Shown piece by piece: positions 15,301 through 25,673 of a stretch of DNA of 64,000 bases (the stretch's first letter is position 1; every line of letters begins with the position of its first letter). Source of the DNA: Antedon mediterranea (lineage: Eukaryota > Animalia > Echinodermata); NCBI RefSeq assembly GCF_964355755.1, contig NC_092674.1, positions 30,938,001 through 31,002,000 of the forward strand, given 5' to 3'. The notes below the pieces were generated by a model. That model had not been told where the DNA came from and did not search any database. It saw only the letters and a program-made list of their open reading frames with translations. A program made the position numbers and the translations under genes.

Positions 15301-17517
15301 TTGTTGCGTGAAACTCGGCCACTTACAGTGAAGCACCAAAACAATTAGGGTATACATACAATAATAAAATTAAAGACTTCATATTGAAAATTCATCCATT
15401 ATTTTTTATTCAGATAACAAACAAACATTCCAATCCACATAAACCTTTGTAATGCTTCGGCGGCATAGCTAGCGCGCGACCGATACACAATGCGCCAAAC
15501 CATCGCTGTACGCGCTACTGTGATGCGCGGTGTATGTTATTTCGACAGGTACCATTTTGACAATCGTTCGTAACCAGATTAGTTACTTTCAAAAAGTAAA
15601 ATATTCACGGTCCAGACCGAATATAGTGTCCATATTTATAGTATATACCAATAATTAACCTACTGTATCTACCGGATTTCGTAAAAAAACGCGAAAAACA
15701 AAGATCTTCGTGTTTGGCAGTCAAAGTGTTAATTCAATGAAACATTTTGATGCATCCGTTTCTTTGGAACAATCTCCCAATTACCTATTGTCTTATACAT
15801 TCATTAACATTCAATTCAAACATTTATTTATTCAGCTAAATGTAAGATACTATAATACAGTGTAATTTTACCTTTGATCACTTTTTTCAGAATTGGTGCA
15901 ATAAAAATATTTGATAATTATTTTTAATACAATTATAGAAGAAAATGTATTATATTTTATTACACTATAATTATTGCAGGCCCATATACTGAGATTGTAA
16001 ATGAAGAGAGAGGGGGGGGGGGGTAACACTAATATACCATGCTTTGTATATTTTGCCAACTTAAACTTGGTTCCAACTAGAGACGCAAACGCAATGACGT
16101 ACCACAACGTCATTGATTTGACCAATCACAACTGATGGATTATTCGAACGGTGGCTTGTCATTGGTCAACTCGCTTGCGTTGCTTGTACACGTCCTTGCG
16201 TCTCTAGTGGGAACCACGCTTCAGATGGACCTTAGTAATGGCAGGTACTTCCCTTTAGATGATCTGAATTGGTTGAATGATTTATCCGGAATAACAGTGA
16301 TTACTGTAAAAGTATTTTACCAATTATCAAATTGTCAACACTGATTTTGTTTCTCTTACCCCTATTAATTCTCCATCAATAAAAACGATTGGTAAATTGC
16401 TTGTATCCTCTTCACCCATTCGCTCGGACAACTCCCTCTGGTGGTTTGGATTTACGAATAAATCTCGTTCTTCGTATATGACTCGGTGGTTTCCAAATAG
16501 TTTTTTTACTTTGACACAATTATCAAAAGTTTGACGCACAATTGTTGTGCTAGTCGTGTATACTATAATACTTCCTTTCTCATCGTCATAATACTTTTTC
16601 TGAAAATAATAATTATATCATTATTATGTCAAAATAAATCTGCCCATATTTGGAAACAGAAAAAGTTGTGGAGGTGGAGCTGTGACTTTGTGGTAATGTG
16701 CTTGCCTTCTAATCCTAAAGCAAAGTCCATAAAAACTATTTTATTTTGAATGATATTTACACCCATTTACAGTAAAGCACAGGCCCTACTAACTGTAAAA
16801 AAATGTTACAACCTGTACATATACAGTATCTGAAAAAAAAAGACACCTTATTACCAATTTCTACCAGAAAAGAAAAAGCAAACTTATTTATAGTTTTATT
16901 ATTACCTTGGTTGTGTCCAGAGGTTTAAATTCAAAATTAGCAATTCCGGCTCTAACACGATTATGAACTCCTCGTACCGTGCCCTTTCTACTTGTTATGT
17001 CCTCACCGTCACCCGTCGCAAGTCCTCTTTGACCAGCGAAACGCAGAGTTCTATTTTCATCAACAGAAGATGAAGCACCAGTGACCCTGTGATGATGACC
17101 AGATGACTGTCCAGTTTTATTACTACTAGTACTAGGCTTTTTACTACTACTAGTACTACTACTCATGTTATTACATGACTCGTTTTGGTGTTCCATTATC
17201 TGATTGCCATGGTCCATTTTTACGTTTTTCTTGTTATTTCTCGGTGCATGATACTGTTCATTTTCTTGTTTCTTGTGGTACGTATAAAGTCCTGTTTGAT
17301 GATCAAAATCAAACACAGGCCCAGCAGACGACATTGTTTTTGTCTTCTGATCTGCACTACCTTGTTGTGAGTTCACCTGTCGAGTACTGGCTGCTGGTGG
17401 TGGTTGCTTCTGTTTGTGGCTTCGATCTTCATCGTCGCCAGTGACATCATTCCGCTTATCTTTACGGCTACCACCTAAAATATTATGGAGAATCCCTTTT
17501 CTTTTAGTTGATGGCAT
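9365..17517 (-). CDS. GRXCR1: Glutaredoxin domain-containing cysteine-rich protein (GRXCR1/2 family), about 367 aa
   Basis: Four phase-0 exons: 17517-16906, 16599-16360, 12444-12379 and 9550-9365. The Grx-like domain reads IIVYTTS..VRQTFDNC..VKKLFGNHRV..LPIVFIDGELIG..LNESGEL. It is followed by four CxxC pairs, CQRC/CVVC/CTQC/CPEC (CNGSKKS..NGFT..LRC..CDDNGLQKC), as in GRXCR1. Confidence 0.9.
10791..11198. repeat. Compound pentanucleotide microsatellite (GTACA/GTAGA)n
   Basis: Direct inspection. Confidence 0.95.
14719..15728. mobile_element. piggyBac-like non-autonomous element in a GRXCR intron
   Basis: TTAA|CACTTTGACTGCCA ... TGGCAGTCAAAGTG|TTAA: a 14-bp perfect TIR with TTAA duplication. 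Confidence 0.8.
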
Positions 17518-18514
17518 TGTTAATATTTAATTTTTATGTTTGCCAAGTCCATGATAAGGGAACGGTTATCACCCACACGATCCCCTTCGCTTTTTCTACG
17601 TGATGCGATGACTCACCACGTCAAAGTACGTACTCAACTCACAAGTCGTTGACAGTGGTAGCTAATTAAACAGCGCCCCCTACTTTCCTCGAAAGTTTCA
17701 CTTTTAAAGATATTTGTTTTAAGTACAGTACTCGGGATGATAAACTATTTTATAATTCTATGTAGGCCTAATTTTTTTTATTTTTCAAATAAAAGTTAAA
17801 TAGAGAATTCGTATATATAGTACATTGAAATAGATGAAACATGCTGGTATACAAAAATAATATAACTTGATATTAATTAAATAATATCAATATCCTTAAT
17901 TAAAGGGCCTAATGTTGTGAAACTTCTAAGTGCTATTACTGCCCCATAAATGCAGCTATAATGCTACTAGTAATCAGCCCACAAATCTTACTAGGTACAC
18001 CTTGGTGAAGAGAGGCAAACGTAAAATGTCTTGCCTGAAGGATACAAGCAATCTACGATCTCACGATCAGTAGTCCAACACATTGCTGTCACACGCGTCC
18101 TTAAAATAATTAATCAGTAATCACAGTCTCGTCGGGCTGCGGCGGCCGGGGGACGTACAGGAACCCCTACTTTGTATATACATTTTTATTTACAGTTATC
18201 AACAATTTTAAAAGAAACCCTGATTTAAAAATGAGGTATAAAGTCTATAAAAGAGTGAGAAAATACAACTCGAAAACAGGAAACCTCTATGTAACGCAAT
18301 ATTCAGATGTTTTTGTTGGGATCTGTCTTTTTTTATTAGACTTTTCGAAAACAGAGACTCCTTGTAATAAGATCAATTATAAAGCTTGGATTCCAATTAA
18401 GGACATAAGCGCGCGCCGCAATTTATTTGACCAATCACTGCGCGATTGGTGCGATCCAGCCACTTGCGCTGTGCCAACATCTTTGTGCCGCCAAAAGGGA
18501 ACTATGTTCGTTAA

Positions 18515-18870
18515 AGCGTGGTTCCCACTAGCGACGCAACGCAAGGACGTAACGCAACGCAAGTGAATTGACCAATCACAAGCGATGGCTTATTCGCTTG
18601 CTAACTGTCTCTGACTGTCGCTTGTCATTGGTCAACTCGCTTGCGTTGCGTGTCTACGTCCTTGCGTTCGTCCTAGTGGGAACCAAGCTTCAGCGTGGTT
18701 TCCACTAGAACGTAACGCAAGGACGTAAACGGAACGCAAGCGTTTTAACCAATGACAAGCGAAGTTATAGACAGTTAGCAATCACAAGCGAATAAGCCAT
18801 CGCTTGTGATTGGTCAATTCACTTGCGTTGCGTTACGTCCTTGCGTTGCGTCGCTAGTGGGAACCACGCT
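18515..18870. mobile_element. Two adjacent inverted copies of a ~175-bp MITE (family B, Harbinger-like); other copies at 16063-16220 and 18876-18980 (partial)
   Basis: TIR AGCGTGGTTCCCACTAG with internal CGCAACGCAAG and TTGACCAATCACAAGCG motifs. Flanks are TAA/TTA-like. Confidence 0.8.
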
Positions 18871-19914
18871 TTACGTAGGTTGTACTGCGTAAGGACGTAA
18901 GCGCAACGCAAGCGAGTTGACCAATCACAAGCAAAAATTCGGATAATACATCGCTTGTGATTGGTTGCATTACGTCCTAGATGAAAATGATTTAATGAAA
19001 TGATTAAACTGTCGCTTGCGCTGTGCATACGATTGCGTTGTAACAACCACCAAGCCAATAGGAACATGGCAAATTACTAATAGTGATCTCCATATCCCAG
19101 GAAATCACCCCTACTTCGAACTTCTTCAAATTCTTCTTTCTTTTATTCTCTTCCTTTAGATCATCGTACGCTGCCTTCAAATATTTACTGAAAAACCATC
19201 TCTCTCAGCAGGTGGCCAATTAATTACTTACATTTTAATTTGAAATGCCTATTTTATTATAAATGCTATCATTCTGACATGGTCCCAAATGATCAGCTTT
19301 GGCTGGATGGACGACCCTTATAAACTATTGTTGATATACATAATAACAGATTCCAGAAAGAAAAATGCGGTACTAGAATTACACAAATAAAAAGGAAAAA
19401 ATAAAAAGCAAAACGGAACCGACGAGGCTAGCCGTGATTGACCACATTATGTATTGTATTGTCGATCAGCTTTGCTCGATGGGCTACCCCCATGACACAT
19501 GGTTAAATAAAAACAACATGAAACGAAATTATAAGTCTACAGGACCAGCCCACCATGGTTGGGTGGAGCTAATAATTTAGAAAAATAAAGTTTCCCGGAA
19601 ATTGGACTTCAGCCCCTGCCAACCTAAAACAACAAAAAACGAAAAGGATTTCAAACCATGTACTACATTTTACTGTGTTTGAGCATGAATAAATGATATT
19701 GAATTAAGTGAATAATTGTTAATGAGAAATCAAAACAACTGCTACAATGGGCCTTAGTGCTGAGGCAGGGAGAGCACACCATAACATTTTAATTTTTCTG
19801 TGGCTTTCGCCACCCGATTTTTGGTGTTGTAAATGTTATGTTTAGCACAAAAATTTAAATTTAACAGTGTGGCGTGTTGATGACTAACAATATACCATCA
19901 TTATGCTCTAACAA

Positions 19915-20397
19915 CATAAAGTGTGTTTTGTTTAAAACTTAACTTAGTAAACTTAGTAAACTTAGTAACTTAGTAGTAACTTATACTGTGCTTCTTTGTG
20001 GGCAAATTTTAATGTAAAATCTATGGAAGCACTAAAGGTGTGCTTCAACAATGCCTTACGCCTGCTCCTTAATAAACCTAGGTCATGCAGTGCCAGCACC
20101 ATGTTTGTAGAAAACCACACCTGCTCGTTCTACAAACTACAACGTAAGGTGGTGTTTGGCATGTTGTGCAGATTAGGGAGGTCAGACAATATTGTCATAA
20201 AATGTATTCATGAATTTGCTTTTCCTTCATCCAATCTACATAGTAGATGGATGAATCTATTGTTCTAACCACGTGACTATGTAGCGTAGGTTTTTTTTAT
20301 ATATATGTATTTGTTATATTTGCAATAATGTACACTAATTTGTTACTGAACTATGGAGAATTTTTTTTTTTCCGAAATAAAAGATGAATGAATGAAT
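19915..20397 (+). mobile_element. LINE 3' fragment
   Basis: LYCASLW..LKVCFNNALRLLL..RSCSASTMF..LQRK..RL.RSDN is a typical post-RT non-LTR C-terminus. The fragment ends AATAAA..(GAAT)n. Confidence 0.7.
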
Positions 20398-20885
20398 GGT
20401 TACACCTGCACAAACTCATTTGCATAACAACGCCGACATACCAACGAGGAGATATAAATTGTTTTCTAAACAAGTACGTCGAAGCGAGTTATAATTCCTT
20501 TTTTTCTAACATTAATTTGTTAGTCATTCGCGGCGGTCAACATGCCACACTGTTAAATCTTGATGTTGTTAATCTTTTAAATTATATTTTCCTAAATTAA
20601 CTTGACTCTCTAAATATCTCTCTTTCAAAATAAAAGAAAAACATTTTATATTTATTTTTTTTTAAATCCGTAGAGGTTCGAACCCCAGCTATAGAGCTGG
20701 AAGAATCCAATCCAAACGATAGTTACTAGAGCACAACCTCTTATGCCACACAATGTACACGAGTAATGAAAGATGACAATAGTATAGTCTTATACGCGCT
20801 TCCTATTACGTCATTCTAATCGTTACGTCATAAATTTGCATATTCATGAAGTACTTTTGATGAAACGAATCTAGTTTTAACCTTT

Positions 20886-23526
20886 TAGTCAATGGGATTT
20901 AGGCTTTTAACTCACACAAATTGCAAGAAAAGGTTTTTTTGATGAAAAGTGTTCTTTAGACCCCACTGAACTCATTTATCAACGTTAGGACATTTTTCGA
21001 CAACAGGAAGTAGCCTAATTTGCATAATTAAAGATGGCCGCCATTTTTAATAACGTACTCTGTATCTTGGAAACCGCTAGTCACAGATACTTAATTATGG
21101 TGTCAAAATCGTTAGAATATATGTTTTTATATTCACTTTAATGAAAAAGTTTGTCCAAAAATGAATGGAAGTGCTATTTCTAACATTATTGACCTTTGAC
21201 CTTGATTTATCATATCTCAGCAACCACTAATCGGAGATATACAAATTAGGGCTTAAATTGTTCAGAAACTACACATTTATATCTAGTTTAATGGCATGTT
21301 TTTGCAAAAAATGGCGGATTCTAACATTATTGACCTTTGACCTTGATTTATCATATCTTAGCAACCACTAATCTGAGAGACACACAATATGGCTCAAACT
21401 GTTAAAAAACTACATATTTATATTTAGTCTAATGGCACGTTTTTGCAAAAAATGGCCGATTCTAACATTATTGACCTTTGAACTTTGCACTACATAAAAT
21501 CGCATAACTTTGAAAATATCGTACATATGAAATTATTTTTAGTGTCAAATTGTTCAGAACATACATGTTTCTATAGAGTCCAATGACACATTATGTCCAA
21601 TAATGGCCTATTGTATGGTTATTAACATTTGAACTATATTTGAAAAGTCTTTAAACCCGGAATCTTCTTCATGTGGACATCCATTAGAACATGTGATTTG
21701 GCACTCTAAAATGTAAGAGTTGCAACGTTGACTTATTATGTTTAGTTTAAAGTAGGCCATGGTACATTAAATTTATAAGCATAAACTATTGCATTCATCC
21801 ATAAACTGCCTACAAGTTTACACGTTTGTTTATTTTATTTCTTATCGTTTTCGCAGCTGAAGCTGATATTTATATTAAAAGCATTAAAATTGATGGTTAA
21901 AAAATGGTACAAATTAAACCACATACATTAAACATGGTACATACACAATACATTCACGTAAAAAAAAGTACAAAAACAAGTTATAAAAGCTTAAAAACTA
22001 TACACCACTAGTAGTCGTACTGTATATGGTTATTGAAATAAATAAATAAATTCCATAAGAAACTGAGGTTTTTACTGTATACGGCGAAAATATTGCAAGT
22101 GGTGGTCAGCCTAATTATGAGTCTCGATAGCCAATTAATTAAACTAAACTAAATATGTTGCATTAATATCGATCTTTTAAAATTCCAGTTGTCAACAATG
22201 CGTCTATTAGTAGAAAATGCCTTCTTAATAAGATTATGTTTCAACCTAAAAGAATGCCCTCAAGAGTGTGATGCTATCCTTAGCAAAATACTGTATAAAC
22301 TAAATAATCTTTAGAAATTTGTTTTTTTGAATATGCCATTTAATGGCAATTTAATTTGATCAAAAAATAAATTACTAACTTGAAAAAAACGTTAATAAAC
22401 CTGCAAAATGGCATGGCCTATTTAAAGTATGTACAATATATCATAAAAAAAACTAAATTTTTGTTGGTTCTGTTAATAGTGTCAACACCAACTTTCTCCT
22501 GAGTAAGATGTAAGACCTAATTAAAAATGTATTAATAATCCAAACCTATAATGTATGTATATATAGTCTAATATTTTTATTTTAAAGTGAATATTTTCAG
22601 TTTTTAAATTTAATTTAAATCAACTGGTTACATGCACTTTAAATTACCACCATATTCTAAACAAGTAGTGCCAAATCACATGTTCTAATGAATGCCTACA
22701 TGAAGAAGATTCCGGGTTTAAAAATCCTTTTCAAATATAGTTCAAATGTTAATAACCATACAATAGGTCATTATTGGACATAATGTGTCATTGGACCATG
22801 GAGTAAAGAATACTCCATGATTGGACTCTATAGAAACATGTATGTTTTGAATAATTTGAAACTAAAAATAATTTCATATGTACAATATTTTCAAAGTTAT
22901 GCGATTTTATGTAGTGCAAAGTTCAAAGGTCAATAATGTTAGAATCGGCCATTTTTTGCAAAAACATGCCATTAGACTAAATATAAATATGTAGTTTCTG
23001 AACAGTTTGAGCCATATTGTGTGTCTCTCAGATTAGTGGTTGCTAAGATATGATAAATAAAGGTCAAAGGTTAATAAAGTTAGAATCCGCCATTTTTTGC
23101 AAAAACATGCCATTAGACTGGATATAAATGTGTAGTTTCTGAACAATTTAAGCCCTAATTTGTATATCTCCGATTAGTGGTTGCTGAGATATGAGAATTC
23201 AAGGTCAAAGGTCAATAATGTTAGAAATAGCACTTCCATTCATTTTTGGACAAACTTTTTCAATAAAGTGAATATAAAAACATATTCTAACGATTTTGAC
23301 ACCATAATTAAGTATCTGTGACTAGCGGTTTCCAAGATACAGAGTACGTTATTAAAAATGGCGGCCATTTTTAATTATGCAAATTAGGCTACTTCCCGTT
23401 GTCGAAAAATGTTCTAACGTTGATAAATGTGTTCAGTAGGGTCTAAAGAACACATTTCATCAAAAAAATCTTTTCTTGCAATTTATGTGAGAAAAGGGTC
23501 ATTTTTTAGCTAAATCCCATGGACTA
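20886..23526. mobile_element. Non-autonomous DNA transposon with about 825-bp terminal inverted repeats (Academ-like)
   Basis: 20886-~21710 is the near-perfect reverse complement of ~22667-23526. Termini are TAGTC...GACTA, flanked by TTT on both sides (alternative reading: TA-flanked 20888-23524). The ~950-bp AT-rich spacer has no ORF. Confidence 0.85.
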
Positions 23527-23542
23527 TTTCTATAAACCAGAG

Positions 23543-23790
23543 GGCCGGATAGCTCAGTCGGTAGGCGTCGTGGAACACGATTATCATGGGTTCAAACCCC
23601 ATGCCGGTCGGTGGAAAAGAGTTAAAGCTATGCGAGCTTCTGTGTTTGAGGTTCACAGACTTAAACGTCCCCCCTTTCCACCACACATTATGAGGCAATA
23701 ACATCAAAGCATCTGATGTGTGGTACCCACAAGGCTGTGAGAGAGCCTTACCGTGCTAGAGGCAAGGGAGCACACCATTATTTTTTTTGG
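23543..23790 (+). mobile_element. tRNA-derived SINE
   Basis: A box TAGCTCAGTCGG and B box GGTTCAAACCC. The 3' body motif GCCTT..GTGCT..AGGCAAGGGAG..CACACCAT is shared with 19750-19785. Confidence 0.7.
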
Positions 23791-24028
23791 CTATACCCGC
23801 CTCTTTCCGATCTCCTAAATTTTATGTTTGGCGCCCTCATTTACACCTAAGTTACGTCAGAAAATTAGGAACAAATAAATAGAAATGTGTAAAGATGCCG
23901 ATGCCTGGCCTGGCTAGTGTATTCTCTCTATTTATTTAAATACATGCATTATTGTAATAAATAATTTCACATTTGTTGGGAATTTTTAACTTTGAACAAA
24001 CGAAAAGGATTTCAAACCATGTACTGTA

Positions 24029-24833
24029 CTTCCTGCCCTGGCCATTCTACAAGAAAAACATAATTAATTAGGCCCTATTCTAATAATATATATTATTAAT
24101 CTATAATAAAAAATCTTTTCTTTTTTTAGAGGCATGTCTTAATTGTTATTTGCTGTTGTGTATTTACACTGAAAACATAGTGCACTGGACCTGGCAGAAT
24201 TGTTTACCTTTTGCTTGAAATTGAACATACTTTCGTCTATTTAAACAATCACCCCAGGACCACCGATCATCTGCCTGGAACAGACATCTCTCAACCACAG
24301 AAAGTGTTGGATGACTTTCTTCTTTTTTAGTCTAGTCAGTTCCTCAACCTGAAAAGATAAAATTATAATAATAGTTAATGCTAATGTAATTTGAAGAAAT
24401 TCAGTTTGTGCTGCCATTTTATTTCTTTCCAATACCACCAAAAAAACCGTTATTGCATTAATTTGACACAAAGACACTGCAGTGTAGAGACAGTATAACA
24501 GTAATGGTAAGGAGTACTATAAGAACATTTGTGAAAGAATACCAATAAAACTATTAGTACTTACTTGCTTCACTGAATTATCCATTGCCCAGTAGTACAT
24601 AGTACACACACCGTGAGCAGCCACAAATCCAATGCAATCTTGACCTTCTCCAAAAGTCCCAGTCCTCATGCTGACAGTGCAATCATTCTGCATCTCATGC
24701 TCCAAGAAGTCCAAGTCCTCATAGTGACAGTGCATTTGCATTGACTGCATCTAATGCCCCAAGAAAGTCCCAGTCCTCATGCTGACAGTGCATTTACATT
24801 TACTGCATCTTCATGCTACACAGTAATTGATAC
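24029..24833 (-). pseudogene. Degenerate intron-containing Merlin (IS1016/ISXO2-like) DDE transposase fragment
   Basis: Exons 24833-24565, 24348-24208 and 24046-about 24029 are joined by phase-0 GT-AG introns. They encode *RCSKCKCTVSMRTGTF..MYYWAMDNSVKQ|VEELTRLKKKKVIQHFLWLRDVCSRQMIGGPGVIV*IDESMFNFKQK|NGQGRK. This matches the Merlin pattern CxxC..S[IM]R.GTF / YxWA / R[DE]VC..IGGPG..V[EQ]IDES..K..GR. Stops and frameshifts are present. Confidence 0.75.
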
Positions 24834-25088
24834 CTGAAGAAGAGAGACAATTCCCTTTGGACAGATAAAACAGTGCATAATAATTAAGTATAATCTAGGA
24901 TCACGAATTTAAATCAGTAGTCATAAAATAAAACAGCTAAATAACATAGTATTAATTATCAAGAATAACCTTTATTTTGGTTAGGCGCTATACAAAAAGA
25001 CAATTCTTATTTATTATATATTATTAAGTTTTGTCTTAAAAAAACTTTCTACCATTCATTGAATGTATGATGTGTGAATAAAATAACA

Positions 25089-25107
25089 ATAGCGCCCTCT
25101 AGGCGTG
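25089..25107. promoter_or_regulatory. CTCF-like motif at the SUPT20H promoter (a similar site lies at 17671-17684 upstream of GRXCR)
   Basis: AGCGCCCTCTAGGCG and CAGCGCCCCCTACT match the reverse complement of the CTCF core CCASYAGRKGGCRS. This is a motif match only. Confidence 0.35.
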
Positions 25108-25673
25108 AACTTCTTCACACGCGAAAAAAGTATCCCCTCTATTTATTTGTTGGTCACCAGTCCAAAATAGTGTTGTTGTTTTGTTTGTGAAAAGACAGAT
25201 GTAAGAATGATTAAGCTGAAGCAAATTTAATAATTGTATAGTATAGATATTAGATTGTAGCAAGTAGACATATTGGATATTTGGTCCTACTACTTTAGGA
25301 TAGGTTAGGCCTAGCCTACTCTAGCTAGGCTATAGAATAGGTGCGCCTAGCTAGAGTAGGCTGTATGAGATGTCCTACTACCTGCTACTACTTCTAGCTA
25401 GGCTAGGCCTAGCGTCTAACTCTAGTTAGAGTAGCCCCCTCTTGGCCAGTCCTACAGTATCTAGGCTAGGCTTAATTGTATTGCTGTTTAGTGTTTCTTA
25501 CATACAGTGCATGTATCACAAAACATATAAAATGTAATAAATCTGAACTTTTTATTTTTACTTTTGCCATCCCGTTTCAATTTTTCTAGTTCTATGAATG
25601 ATGTGATGCCTTTTCCAAAAAAGATGTAGTTTAATTGTGTTGAATGTGTCTGTGGCCAAGCAAATAAAAAATC

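Noticed and set aside
20400-20877. Possible Helitron-like element ending CTAG|T
   Set aside because: I could not define a clear 5' end or subterminal hairpin, and there is only one copy in the window.
23543-23612. tRNA gene
   Set aside because: The A and B boxes are present but the anticodon arm is poor, and the sequence runs into a repeated SINE body. The same applies to 37072-37160.
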